A program made the translations under genes and the position numbers. Of a stretch of DNA of 64,000 nt, positions 27,360-36,955 are shown one piece after another. The stretch is from an uncultured bacterium (GTDB lineage Bacteria; Bacillota_I; Bacilli_A; RFN20; CAG-826). How positions within the stretch are numbered: position 1 is the first letter of the stretch; every line of letters begins with the position of its first letter. The stretch covers positions 83,064 to 147,063 of the forward strand of contig CASDWE010000002.1 in NCBI GenBank assembly GCA_949284685.1, read 5' to 3'. The notes under the pieces are model-generated. The model was given only the letters and a program-made list of their open reading frames with translations, did not search any database and was not told the DNA's origin.

Positions 27360-28076
27360 TTAACTCCTTGTTATTATTGTACCAATATTTTCATCATTTA
27401 CTACTTTTTCAATATTTTTTGGGTCATCCATGTTAAATACTCTAACAACTATATCCTTATCTTTTATAAGTTCTATAGCGGAAATATCCATAACTTGTAA
27501 GTTTTTACATAATATTTCACTAAATGTTAAATGTTTTAAAAATTTAGCATTTTCATCTTTGTTAGGATCGCTAGTGTAAACACCATCAATGCCGTATTTA
27601 GCCATGCAGATAGCATCGGCATCAATTTGTATTGCACGCAATGTGGCAGCAGTGTCAGTTGTATAAAAAGGTTTGCCAGTACCGCCACCAAAAACAACAA
27701 CAGTTTGATTGCTTAATAAGTGTTTTGCTCTGTCTTCATCAATAGGCATTGTTATTGGATCAACATTAATAGCGGACATACAACAAGAATTAACGGAAAT
27801 TTTCTTTAATGCATTTGTTAGTGCAACAGCGTTAATTATTGTTCCTAACATTCCCATATAATCTGCTTCTTTTGGTTCAATATTTAATTTGTTGGCGAAT
27901 TTACCACGCCAAATATTACCAGCACCAATAACAACGGCAATTTCTAAACCTTGACTCACTAAATTTTTTATCGCAGAAGCAATTGATTGTAACTTGTCGC
28001 AATTTAATGTTTGGTTTTTTGTTTTGTCAGCGATTGATTCGCCACTTATTTTTAACAATACCCTTTTATATAGCAT
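27360..28076 (-). CDS. pyrH: UMP kinase
   Basis: Motifs are YKRVLLKISGE, VVIGAGNIWRG, DYMGMLGT.INA.AL, VVFGGGTG.PFYTTDTAA.LRA and DGVYTSDP. Confidence 0.95.
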   Translation of the reverse strand: MLYKRVLLKISGESIADKTKNQTLNCDKLQSIASAIKNLVSQGLEIAVVIGAGNIWRGKFANKLNIEPKEADYMGMLGTIINAVALTNALKKISVNSCCMSAINVDPITMPIDEDRAKHLLSNQTVVVFGGGTGKPFYTTDTAATLRAIQIDADAICMAKYGIDGVYTSDPNKDENAKFLKHLTFSEILCKNLQVMDISAIELIKDKDIVVRVFNMDDPKNIEKVVNDENIGTIITRS

Positions 28077-28088
28077 ATTTTCTCCTTA

Positions 28089-28116
28089 ATAAAAAAGAAA
28101 CACTAAAAGTGTTTCT
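28089..28116 (-). terminator. Intrinsic terminator after tsf
   Basis: The minus strand reads TAA-GAGAAACAC-tttta-GTGTTTC-TTTTTTATT, with a 7-8 bp stem and a U6 run. The pyrH SD AAGGAGA follows immediately. Confidence 0.75.
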
Positions 28117-28117
28117 C

Positions 28118-28996
28118 TTATTTGGCTTGTTCCATGACTTCTTTTGCAAAGTCATCATGTCTTTTTTCAATTCCTTCACCAACTTGATAGCGAACGAATT
28201 GGACAACTTTTGTTTTGTTTTCACTTAGTACTTGTGAAACTTTTTTGCTGTCATCTAGTAAATAATTTTGTTCGCTTAGCACTGACTCAAATAATATTTT
28301 ATCAACTTTTCCTTTAATTATATTTCTTAAGATGTTTTCAGGTTTATTAGCTAATTTTGGATCAGTCTTGCTAGCTTCAATTTGAATCGCAGTTTCCTTT
28401 TCAACAACATCAGCAGGAATGTCACTGGCGTTAACATATTTTGGTGCATTAGCAGCAATATGCATTGCTAATTGATCCGCGAAGTCTTTATCCTTACCTT
28501 CGATTACTACTGCAACAGCAATTTTACCACCCATATGGATATATGTACCAACAACTTGATTTTCAGATGGTTTTAATAAATCAAATCTACGCAAATCTAA
28601 TTTTTCACCAATACGGATTGTTGCTTCTGTATATAATTCTTTTGTTAATTCCTTACCTTCATCTAAATTTTTTGGTTCATTTTTCAATAATAGATGAGCG
28701 GTCTCATCAACAAGATTTTTAAAATCATCACCACGTGCGACGAAGTCAGTTTCACAATTAACTTCTAAAACTACACATTTTCCACATTTTTCACATAGTT
28801 TGACATCGCTTAAGCCTTCAGCAGCAATTCTTTCGGCTTTTTTTGCCGCTTTTGCAATACCTTTTTCTCTTAAGTAATCAGTAGCTTTATCTAAATCTAA
28901 ATCGTTAGCTTCAAGTGCGGTTTTGCAATCCATCATTCCGGCACCTGTTCTTTCACGAAGTTGTTTAATTAATTCAATAACATTTTTACTGGCCAT
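28118..28996 (-). CDS. tsf: Translation elongation factor Ts
   Basis: The product begins MASKNVIELIKQLRERTGAGMMDCKTALE, the UBA-like N-terminus of EF-Ts. AAAGGTGA lies 6 nt upstream of ATG 28996. The track's longer start at 29050 would run through the rpsB 3' end. Confidence 0.93.
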   Translation of the reverse strand: MASKNVIELIKQLRERTGAGMMDCKTALEANDLDLDKATDYLREKGIAKAAKKAERIAAEGLSDVKLCEKCGKCVVLEVNCETDFVARGDDFKNLVDETAHLLLKNEPKNLDEGKELTKELYTEATIRIGEKLDLRRFDLLKPSENQVVGTYIHMGGKIAVAVVIEGKDKDFADQLAMHIAANAPKYVNASDIPADVVEKETAIQIEASKTDPKLANKPENILRNIIKGKVDKILFESVLSEQNYLLDDSKKVSQVLSENKTKVVQFVRYQVGEGIEKRHDDFAKEVMEQAK

Positions 28997-28997
28997 A

Positions 28998-30077
28998 TTA
29001 TTCACCTTTACTTTCTTCTTCGGCTTGGTTATCCTCAACTGTATTTTCAACAGAAGTTTCTTTAGCGGCTTCTTCTTCTAATAATTTATCTTGTGCTTCT
29101 CTTTGTGCGCGAACTTTTGCTCTTTCAGCTTGCTCTTTTTCAAAACGTTCTTGTCTAGCTTTTCTTTCGGCACGAATTCTTGCTAATTTTTCTTGATTTT
29201 CTTTGTCGGCTTGTTTGATAGCGTCTTTCATTGTAACTTCATCGCCTTCATCTTTGGTATATGCAACAACTGGGACACCATTTTTGCTTTCGACAACAGC
29301 ATCTGCCATAACCGCTAAAATTAAGGCAATTGAACGAATTGCGTCATCGTTAGCAGGAATTGGATAATCGATTTCATCTGGATCAGAATTTGTATCGACA
29401 ATTCCAAAAACAGGAATATGTAATTTATGAGCTTCTTTAATAGCAATGTTTTCGCTATGAGGATCAACAACAAACAAGGCGTTTGGTGCTTTTCTCATTT
29501 CTTTAATACCAATTAAGTTTTTATTTAATTTATCTTTTTCTTTTCTTAAGACAGCAGCTTCCTTTTTATTTAATAAATCTAATTCGCCATCTTCATCTCT
29601 TCTTTCCAATTCTTTTAAATAACGGATACGAGATTGAATTGTTTTAAAATTGGTTAAAGTTCCACCTAACCATCTATTGGTAATATAGAAAGAACCAGAG
29701 CGCAACGCTTCGGCTTCAACAGCTTCTTGACATTGTTTTTTTGTTCCAACAAATAATACTTTACCACCCTTATCTACGATATCTTTTAAAGCAAGATAAG
29801 CAGTATTGATACATTCAACTGTTTTTGTAAGATCGATGATATAGACACCGTTTCTGGCACCAAAAATATATTTTTTCATTTTTGGATTCCAGCGTTTTGT
29901 TGGATGGCCAAAATGTGCACCTGCTTCTAATAATTTTTTCATCGTAATGATAGGTGCGTCAGGATCATGTACGACACTTGCCATTGTTTCTTCAACAGCG
30001 GCTTGACTAACTTCCTCGTTAGCATTTTGTGTGTTAACTTCCTCGTTAACAACTGTTTCTTTTACTTCTTCACTCAT
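28998..30077 (-). CDS. rpsB: 30S ribosomal protein S2 with an acidic N-terminal extension (about 44 aa) and a charged C-terminal extension (about 95 aa)
   Basis: The core reads [39 protein letters not shown] perfect AAGGAGGT sits 8 nt before the first ATG at 30077. The C-terminal tail is [49 protein letters not shown]... Confidence 0.9.
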   Translation of the reverse strand: MSEEVKETVVNEEVNTQNANEEVSQAAVEETMASVVHDPDAPIITMKKLLEAGAHFGHPTKRWNPKMKKYIFGARNGVYIIDLTKTVECINTAYLALKDIVDKGGKVLFVGTKKQCQEAVEAEALRSGSFYITNRWLGGTLTNFKTIQSRIRYLKELERRDEDGELDLLNKKEAAVLRKEKDKLNKNLIGIKEMRKAPNALFVVDPHSENIAIKEAHKLHIPVFGIVDTNSDPDEIDYPIPANDDAIRSIALILAVMADAVVESKNGVPVVAYTKDEGDEVTMKDAIKQADKENQEKLARIRAERKARQERFEKEQAERAKVRAQREAQDKLLEEEAAKETSVENTVEDNQAEEESKGE

Positions 30078-30215
30078 TTAGTGAACCTCCTTATTTGTTT
30101 AACCTCCACTACTTCTAACAAGCTTCCCTTAATTGATAATTAAGACGTGGACCTTGAATCCATAGTGTGTGTAGTCTCTTTTCAGAGCCAATTAATAATA
30201 TCACGTTAACAATTT
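30078..30215 (-). promoter_or_regulatory. Structured 5' leader of rpsB-tsf (candidate autoregulatory element)
   Basis: G+C is locally higher. Hairpins are CTCT-gaaa-AGAG and the perfect CTTAATT-atc-AATTAAG (30128-30144). Two tandem GGAGGTT copies are present (30084-30090 and 30101-30107 on the plus strand as AACCTCC), and only the proximal one is spaced for the ATG. Confidence 0.3.
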
Positions 30216-30319
30216 TTACGGAAGTAAAAAATATATGAACTAAGAAAGAATTTTTTTACTAAATATCAAAAAAATAAGTAAATTATGGAAAAACGAATAA
30301 AAAAATGTGCAAAACTCAA

Positions 30320-31231
30320 CTATTTTGTTTTATTTTCTCTTGCTCTTGGATGTGAATATTTATATGCATTGATTAAATTTTCTTTACTAACATGCGTATA
30401 TATTTGTGTGGAATTTATCGATGAATGGCCTAACAACTCTTGAATTAATCTTAAATCCGCTCCTTGTTCTAGCAGATGTGTTGCAAAACTATGTCGCAAC
30501 ATATGAGGATGCAAACCATAAAAATCTGCACAACGAATTTCAATTTGATCAAGAATATATTCAACTCCTCTTCTTGTTAATTTTTGGCCTTTTTGATTGA
30601 CTAATAAATAAGGATTGTATTCTTTATTTTGTGCGACTAAAATAGGACGCAAATTGTTTAAATATAAATCAATTGTGTTTTCACATTCTTTTGTAAAAGG
30701 AACGATTCTTTCTTTTTGACCTTTACCAAAAATTCTAACAATTCTTTGCTTTAAATTTATATCATTAATTTTAATGTTTATTAACTCGCTGACACGAACA
30801 CCGCATGAAAATAAAATTTCTAATATCACTTGATCTCTTAATACTAATTTATCTTGTCTTTTAAAATTGTCAGCAAGCAATTGTTTGATTTGTGAATCAT
30901 TTAAAACCTTTGGAAAAGTTTTCTCCACTTTTATAGGAGCAACAAAAACAAAAGGATTATTATTTATATACTTATTTTTATAGAGAAATTCATAATATTT
31001 CTTTAAAGCACAAATGCGTCTTCTACAAGATTTTTTTGAAATTTTATCACGCAGTTCGTGCGTTAAAAAATTACGTATAACAAAATTATCCACATCTAAA
31101 TAACTTATGGCTTCTTTTGCAATAAAATTATAAAATTTTTCGATGTCTCTTTTATATGAATCGACTGTAGTATCAGTGTAATTTAAATTAAATTTAAGAT
31201 ACGAAATAAAATCATCCAAATAGTCTTTCAT
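30320..31231 (-). CDS. xerC: Site-specific tyrosine recombinase XerC/XerD family (CodV position)
   Basis: The N-terminal SAM-like domain is MKDYLDDFISYLKF....DTTV.SY.RD. The catalytic residues are present: R (GVRVSEL), HPHMLRHSFATHLL, LLGHSSINSTQIYTHV. It lies directly downstream of topA. I prefer the ATG at 31231. Confidence 0.85.
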   Translation of the reverse strand: MKDYLDDFISYLKFNLNYTDTTVDSYKRDIEKFYNFIAKEAISYLDVDNFVIRNFLTHELRDKISKKSCRRRICALKKYYEFLYKNKYINNNPFVFVAPIKVEKTFPKVLNDSQIKQLLADNFKRQDKLVLRDQVILEILFSCGVRVSELINIKINDINLKQRIVRIFGKGQKERIVPFTKECENTIDLYLNNLRPILVAQNKEYNPYLLVNQKGQKLTRRGVEYILDQIEIRCADFYGLHPHMLRHSFATHLLEQGADLRLIQELLGHSSINSTQIYTHVSKENLINAYKYSHPRARENKTK

Positions 31232-31264
31232 GGATACATTGTATAACAAAAAGTGAAGAATTTC

Positions 31265-33364
31265 TTATTTTTCTTCACTTGTTTTTTTAATGTTTTCAAT
31301 ATATCGACATTTTGGAAAATTGCTACAGGCTATAAATTCTCCTCTTTTTGATGTTCGATACACTAATTCATTTCCACATTTTGGACATTTGCGTCCTACT
31401 AATTTTGCAGGTTGTTTTTCTTGTTTTGCGGGCTTATTTGGATCTGGCTTAATATAATTACATTTTGGATATCCAGAACAAGCAACAAACTTTTTATCTT
31501 TATCATAAGTTCGTTCAACAAGAGGCTTACCACAAACTGGACAGTTTTCGCCAGTATAAATAACTTCTTTTGGCTCTTTTTTAATATAGTTACATTTTGG
31601 ATAATTACTGCAACAAATAAATCTACCAAATTTTCCGTCTTTATAAATAAGAGGTGAACCACATTCTGGACAGTTTTCGCCAGTCTTTTCTTCTTCGTCT
31701 TTATACATCAATTTAGAAGCTTTATCAAATTCCTTAATAAATGGATTATAAAAGTCATTTAACATTTTGACAATTGATGAGCTTCCTGCTTGAATATTAT
31801 CTAATTTTTCTTCCATCTGAGCAGTATATTTTGCATTAACGATATCAGGGAAATATTTATCAAGAACATGGCTTGTTTTATCACCTTGATCAGTAATTTT
31901 TAATACACCATCTGCATCGGTCACATATTTTCTTTTTGATAAAGTAGAAATAGTAGATGCATATGTGGAAGGACGACCAATACCAACACTTTCCATTATG
32001 TTAACTATTTTAGCTTCGCTATAATGTGCAGGTGGCTGAGTAAATTTTTGTTCTTCTGATTTGCTTTCAACTTTGAATATATCTCCATTTTTAATTTCTG
32101 GAAGTATTATTTTATTTGAATTTTCCTCTTTTAAAAGTCTTTCATATCCATCAAATAGAATTCGCACTCCTTCTAAAGTGAATATGATATCATTGCCTTT
32201 AATCGTAACTGTTGTAATTTCTTCTTTTTTAGGTGCCATCAAAGAGGCAAGAGTGCGTTCATAAACTAACTTGTATAACAAATATTGACTTCTAGTTAAA
32301 TATTGCTTGATAGAGTCTGGAGTACGATGATTGCCTGTTGGACGAATAGCTTCGTGAGCGTCTTGAGCCATTTTTCCTTCTTTAAATTTTGTTTTATTTC
32401 CAACATATTCTTCACCATATGTTTCAACAATATAATTTTTAGCACGATTAATATATGTAGGAGATAATCTAGTTGAATCTGTACGCATGTAGGAAATTAA
32501 ACCAACATGTTCACCGCCAAGATCAATACCTTCATATAATTTATGAGCAATGCTTTGAGTTTCTTCAGTTTTAAATTTATATTTATTATAAGCTGCTTGC
32601 TGTAATGTTGAGGTGGTAAAAGGAGCTTTTGCTTCTCTTTTTTTCACTTCTTTTTTTACATCAATAACTTCTAAATTTTCTGGAATGTTATTTAAAATTT
32701 CTAACGCTTCTTCAGTAGTGGAAATAGCTTTGTTTCTTTTAATATCAAGAGTATAAGTTTGACCATTAAAAGATGCGGTTACATTTATTTTATGATATTC
32801 TTCAATAACAAAATTATTAATTTCCTTTTCATGATCCGCAATAATTTTTAAAGTTGCAGATTGAACACGACCAGCACTTCTTGAATGTATTTTGTTATAT
32901 AAAAGTGTCGATAATTTAAAACCTATTATACGATCGATAATACGTCTAGTTTCTTGTGAAGAAACAAGATTCATATCAATTGTTCTAGGATTATTAATCG
33001 CATGATTAATAGAATCGCGTGTAATTTCATGAAATTCTAATCTTTTAGTAGTTTTAACATCCAGTCCTAACACTTGAGTTAAATGCCAGGCGATAGCCTC
33101 TCCTTCTCGGTCTGGGTCGGTTGCTAAAATAACTTCATCGCATCTTTTTGCTTGCTCTTTTAAATTTTTAACAACAGCATATTTACCTGGTGAAATTTTA
33201 TAAGTAGGTTTAAAATCGTTTTCAATATCTACGCCAAGGCCACCTTTCCCAGATCTAGCTAAATCTCGAATGTGTCCTAAGGATGCTACAACAATATAGT
33301 TTTTCCCAAGATATCGTTTTATAGTAGTACATTTAGTGGGTGATTCAACAATAACAAGTTTCAT
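31265..33364 (-). CDS. topA: DNA topoisomerase I
   Basis: The Toprim N-terminus is LVIVESPTK and ATDPDREGEAIAWH. The active-site region is SYMRTDS. Three C-terminal CxxC...CxxxxxC zinc ribbons are present. Confidence 0.96.
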   Translation of the reverse strand: MKLVIVESPTKCTTIKRYLGKNYIVVASLGHIRDLARSGKGGLGVDIENDFKPTYKISPGKYAVVKNLKEQAKRCDEVILATDPDREGEAIAWHLTQVLGLDVKTTKRLEFHEITRDSINHAINNPRTIDMNLVSSQETRRIIDRIIGFKLSTLLYNKIHSRSAGRVQSATLKIIADHEKEINNFVIEEYHKINVTASFNGQTYTLDIKRNKAISTTEEALEILNNIPENLEVIDVKKEVKKREAKAPFTTSTLQQAAYNKYKFKTEETQSIAHKLYEGIDLGGEHVGLISYMRTDSTRLSPTYINRAKNYIVETYGEEYVGNKTKFKEGKMAQDAHEAIRPTGNHRTPDSIKQYLTRSQYLLYKLVYERTLASLMAPKKEEITTVTIKGNDIIFTLEGVRILFDGYERLLKEENSNKIILPEIKNGDIFKVESKSEEQKFTQPPAHYSEAKIVNIMESVGIGRPSTYASTISTLSKRKYVTDADGVLKITDQGDKTSHVLDKYFPDIVNAKYTAQMEEKLDNIQAGSSSIVKMLNDFYNPFIKEFDKASKLMYKDEEEKTGENCPECGSPLIYKDGKFGRFICCSNYPKCNYIKKEPKEVIYTGENCPVCGKPLVERTYDKDKKFVACSGYPKCNYIKPDPNKPAKQEKQPAKLVGRKCPKCGNELVYRTSKRGEFIACSNFPKCRYIENIKKTSEEK

Positions 33365-33468
33365 AATGCTCCTTTTTACCTATTAACTTTATTGCAAGGT
33401 GATAGAGCCTGTCAAGTGCTCATTTTCAAACAAATATTAATATCCTTAATATAATATAAAGGATATAT

Positions 33469-34239
33469 TTATTTTTTCTCATCGAGAATATCAGCACCAC
33501 TTTCAATTAACAACGCACCGTCTCTTATTAGACGATTGTTGCATGTTCCATTATCTATTGGCTGTGGTAATACCATTATATCCTTGCCCTGGCTTATTGC
33601 GTGAGAAATTGAGATCATTGTACCGCTTTTGAAATGAACTTCTGGGACGAAAATTTGATCCGCTAAACCAGTAATAATTCTATTTCTAATAGGAAAATGC
33701 TCAGAATTTGGTTTAATTAAAGATGGATATTCACTTATTAAAAGATTTGATTGCTTAATCGTTTGATATAAATCTTGATTTTCCTTTGGATAAATATAGT
33801 CAATACCACAACCCAATACTGCGATTGTTTTTCCTCCATTTCTTAATATAGATTTATGAGCACACGTATCTATGCCAATTGCAAGACCTGAAATAATAAT
33901 ATACTCATTATTTAATTCACTAATAATTTTGTTTAAAGCGTCACAATTTTCTTTATAACAATTACGAGATCCAACAACTGCTAAAAATGAATTCGAATTA
34001 TCTAATAAAGACAAATCACCATAATAAAACAAAACAAAAGGCGGTTTATAAATATTTTTTAAAGCATCAGGATATTCATCATCTATAATAGTTATAAATG
34101 GTGTTTTATTTGTTGATACAGCTTCTTCTACTTCTTCTTTAGAAATTTTTTCTTTTGCTTTTATAGCAAAATAAATCTTATCCCAATCACCTTCATATTT
34201 AATTGATAAATACAATAATAAATTTCTTCCTTCTAACAT
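33469..34239 (-). CDS. dprA: DNA-processing protein DprA (Smf), short form
   Basis: The pattern YP..L..IY.PPFVLFY.G........AVVGSR......C......I...L......IISGLA.GID...H and FP.RNRII.GL is typical of the DprA Rossmann domain. Its position upstream of topA matches Bacillus. Confidence 0.85.
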   Translation of the reverse strand: MLEGRNLLLYLSIKYEGDWDKIYFAIKAKEKISKEEVEEAVSTNKTPFITIIDDEYPDALKNIYKPPFVLFYYGDLSLLDNSNSFLAVVGSRNCYKENCDALNKIISELNNEYIIISGLAIGIDTCAHKSILRNGGKTIAVLGCGIDYIYPKENQDLYQTIKQSNLLISEYPSLIKPNSEHFPIRNRIITGLADQIFVPEVHFKSGTMISISHAISQGKDIMVLPQPIDNGTCNNRLIRDGALLIESGADILDEKK

Positions 34240-34281
34240 ATTTTCCTCCTAAATACTATTAGGAAGAAAAATAAAAAATTA

Positions 34282-34914
34282 CTAAAATAATTTATAAATT
34301 GGATCAATTATTCTTTGTATTGGCTTATAAGTATATCGATGGAAATGTTTTATTGGACCATATTTAGCAAGTGCTTCTAAATGTTTTTTTGTTCCATAGC
34401 CTTTATTGGTTTTTAAGTCGTATTGTGGATATTTTTTGTCATAATCTAGCATGATATGATCACGTGTAACTTTTGCAATAATTGAAGCTGCGGCAATAGA
34501 TAAAGATTTGCTATCGCCTTTTATTATATCCACACAATTAATTGTTTCATCTTTTAATGGCATTGCATCTGTTAAAACAATGTCAAACTTGCAATTTAAA
34601 TTCGAAATGGCTTTTAACATAGCAAGACGTGAAGCTTCATAAATATTAACATTATCAATAGTATCAGCATCAATTATTCCTACACCATAAGAAACAGCAT
34701 TTTTTATGATCAATTGATAGGCTTTTTCTCGTTTAACGGATGTTAATTTTTTAGAATCATCAATTATTGAATCATAAAAGTCTGGTTTTAAAATTACCGC
34801 CGCAGCGACAACAGGGCCACACAGACAACCACGTCCAGCTTCATCAACGCCTACAATAACTTTTGTTATATTATCTAAATATTGTTTATCAAAATTTCTA
34901 TCCATATATATCAA
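34282..34914 (-). CDS. rnhB: Ribonuclease HII
   Basis: Motifs are GVDEAGRGCL.GPVVAAAV, DDSKKL, ASIIAKVTRD and GYGT..H. The start could be the Met 3 codons downstream. Confidence 0.92.
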   Translation of the reverse strand: MIYMDRNFDKQYLDNITKVIVGVDEAGRGCLCGPVVAAAVILKPDFYDSIIDDSKKLTSVKREKAYQLIIKNAVSYGVGIIDADTIDNVNIYEASRLAMLKAISNLNCKFDIVLTDAMPLKDETINCVDIIKGDSKSLSIAAASIIAKVTRDHIMLDYDKKYPQYDLKTNKGYGTKKHLEALAKYGPIKHFHRYTYKPIQRIIDPIYKLF

Positions 34915-35755
34915 GACTTATTTTTCCTAAAAGACCTTGTCTAAATTCGTTTAAAAGAAGGTGTTGCGCTCTATTTAAATCCAATTCACCATCACTTTTT
35001 TTAAGTTCTCTATTTGTTGCAATTTGATTGATTATTTCTTCATTTGTTAAACGAAAATCTAGAATTTGATAGCGGTTTTGCAATGATTTAGGATAATTTG
35101 TCCTTAAAAAATCCAATAAATAATTACAAATTAAATCAATAGGTAAAATCTCATCTTTAATTAATCCAATAGTGGCGATTTTAATCGCAGCATTTTTATC
35201 CTCATAAATTGTTGGAAGAATTCCTGGCGTATCTAATAAATAAATATTATTATCAAGTTTAATCCACTGCTGGGATTTTGTTAAGCCGGCTCTATTTTCA
35301 ACTTTTGTGGCTTTCCGTTTAGATAAAGAATTTATCAGTGTGGATTTTCCAACATTTGGCATTCCTATTACCATCACTTTAATTGGAAAGTTTTTAATTC
35401 CTTTATTTTGCATTTTTGAAATTTTTTCTTGTGATAGTTTTTTAATATATTCGATAACAATTTCAGCATCTTTTTTATTTGTTAAATTTAAAGATAAAAC
35501 AGTATATTTTTCTTGTTTGTACTTCTCTAAAAATAAATTTAATTGTCTTTCATCAGTTAAGTCAGATTTTGAAAAAACTAATATTTTATTTTTATCTTTA
35601 ATTGCCTTTTCTAATTGAAAATTTAAACTAGTTAAAGGAAGGCGTGCATCTATAATCTCAACTACTACATCAATCATTTTTAATTTTTCAACGATTTGAT
35701 TGATTGCTTTTTTCATATGACCTGGAAACCAGTGAATATTGTTATTATTATTCAT
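34898..35755 (-). CDS. rbgA: Ribosome biogenesis GTPase A (YlqF/RbgA), circularly permuted GTPase
   Basis: Motifs are WFPGHM.KA, the permuted order SKSDL ... GMPNVGKST.IN, and DTPGIL. Confidence 0.9.
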   Translation of the reverse strand: MNNNNNIHWFPGHMKKAINQIVEKLKMIDVVVEIIDARLPLTSLNFQLEKAIKDKNKILVFSKSDLTDERQLNLFLEKYKQEKYTVLSLNLTNKKDAEIVIEYIKKLSQEKISKMQNKGIKNFPIKVMVIGMPNVGKSTLINSLSKRKATKVENRAGLTKSQQWIKLDNNIYLLDTPGILPTIYEDKNAAIKIATIGLIKDEILPIDLICNYLLDFLRTNYPKSLQNRYQILDFRLTNEEIINQIATNRELKKSDGELDLNRAQHLLLNEFRQGLLGKISLDIYG

Positions 35756-36406
35756 TTATTTAAAATACTCCGTTTTAGTGTATGTTAATGATGTTACTTC
35801 ATTATTTTTTACTTCGCACACACCCTCTATTGCTATTAATATGCCTTGAATCATATCTGCATTTATTGGCCCTACTGCACAAGAATCAGAAGAATGACCC
35901 CAGTTATCACCCATCAAAAAATATTCATCACTTCCCAATATATAAAAATCATTAACATACTGATTAAGACCTGATGTGTCATTAGGAACAAATGGCAAAT
36001 CTAGGATTTTTCCTTCAACCATAATTTTATTTTCATTATTATCATCAATAATTTCAATTCTTTCACCTGGTAAAGCAATTACACGTTTAATTTTTAAAGA
36101 AGCATTGGTTTTAAGAGAATCATCTTCAGCGTAATCAGTGGGAAAATATGTGACAACAATATCATATCTTTCAATATATTTTTTTATATCAGGATGAGTA
36201 TCAACAATGCCAAATTCATGTTCAGAAAGTGTTGGTTCCATTGAATGACCATCAACATAAAAAAAAGTATAATAAAAACGATTAAATGAAGAAACAATTG
36301 CAAAACAAAGCAAACCAATAATAACTAAATAAAGAACATAAAAAATTATCTTTTTTGAAAAAGGATTAATTATTCGTTTGTTATTTAAGACATTTTTATT
36401 TTCCAT
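35756..36406 (-). CDS. lepB: Signal peptidase I
   Basis: From Met 72 of the track ORF the product is MENKNVLNNKR... followed by a single TM, then VDGHSMEPTL (catalytic Ser), KRVIALPGE (Lys box) and GDNWGHSSDS. The upstream 71 codons of the track ORF run across the rplS terminator and 3' end. Confidence 0.85.
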   Translation of the reverse strand: MENKNVLNNKRIINPFSKKIIFYVLYLVIIGLLCFAIVSSFNRFYYTFFYVDGHSMEPTLSEHEFGIVDTHPDIKKYIERYDIVVTYFPTDYAEDDSLKTNASLKIKRVIALPGERIEIIDDNNENKIMVEGKILDLPFVPNDTSGLNQYVNDFYILGSDEYFLMGDNWGHSSDSCAVGPINADMIQGILIAIEGVCEVKNNEVTSLTYTKTEYFK

Positions 36407-36440
36407 ATCAATAAAATTATATACATTTTCAAATCGAAAT

Positions 36441-36469
36441 GAAAAGAAAAACGGTGTTTTCAACACCGC
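36441..36469 (-). terminator. Intrinsic terminator after rplS
   Basis: The minus strand reads CGGTGTT-gaa-AACACCG followed by TTTTTCTTTTC. Confidence 0.7.
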
Positions 36470-36476
36470 TATTCTA

Positions 36477-36827
36477 TTATTTAAGAATTTCTTTAATTCT
36501 AGCTGATTTGCCAGAACGGCTACGTAGATAGAAGATTTTATTTCTTCTAACTTTACCACGACGGACAACTTCAATTTTGCTAATGATTGGTGAATGTAAC
36601 AAGAATGTTTTTTCAACACCTATTCCGCTAGAAATTTTTCTAACAGTGAATGTTTCTCCAACACCACCACCACGACGTTGTAATACAACACCTTGGAATA
36701 CTTGAATACGTTCCTTTTTATTTTCAATAATACGGATAGAAACTCTTACTTCATCACCACTTGAAAATTCAGGAAGGTCATTACGAAGTTGGCTTTTGGT
36801 AATTTCTTTAACTAAATTGTTATTCAT
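36477..36827 (-). CDS. rplS: 50S ribosomal protein L19
   Basis: The product [42 protein letters not shown]...[25 protein letters not shown] is 116 aa from the ATG at 36827, which is preceded by GGAGGT. Confidence 0.95.
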   Translation of the reverse strand: MNNNLVKEITKSQLRNDLPEFSSGDEVRVSIRIIENKKERIQVFQGVVLQRRGGGVGETFTVRKISSGIGVEKTFLLHSPIISKIEVVRRGKVRRNKIFYLRSRSGKSARIKEILK

Positions 36828-36955
36828 ATTTACCTCCAACATTAATTTTCTCTTGATGTTCATAGTTATCAACTAGCGGACCACCCGTAGCACTTAAACG
36901 TGCGTCTATTAATATAACAATCTATTTAGTAAATGTAAACATTTATTTAAATAAA
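36828..36955 (-). promoter_or_regulatory. Candidate L19 (rplS) leader
   Basis: A G+C-rich patch unusual for this genome lies just upstream of rplS (minus strand: GACGCACGTTTAAGTGCTACGGGTGGTCCGCTAGTTGATAACTATGAACATCAAGAG...ATGTTGGAGGT). It contains small hairpins, and an AACAT/ATGTT stem abuts the SD. Firmicutes are known to carry an L19 leader here, but I cannot verify a consensus match. Confidence 0.3.

Noticed and set aside
31086-31094. Perfect DnaA box TTATCCACA
   Set aside because: It is a single copy inside the xerC coding region with no cluster or AT-rich unwinding element, so it is a chance occurrence and not an origin.
36407-36619. N-terminal 71 codons of the track's lepB ORF overlapping rplS. 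Similar upstream extensions occur for tsf (to 29050), plsX (to 45962), ffh (to 42973), rplS (to 36872), rpsP (39727), the ABC permease (46723), the ATPase (13687) and xerC (31249).
   Set aside because: The extensions cross terminators, promoters or the preceding gene. Internal ATGs with SD sequences give canonical N-termini.
36921-36945. dif-like half-site (AAATGTAAAC versus the B. subtilis dif arm TTATGTAAAC) downstream of the lipoprotein gene
   Set aside because: Only one arm matches partially. The expected XerC arm is absent at the correct spacing.
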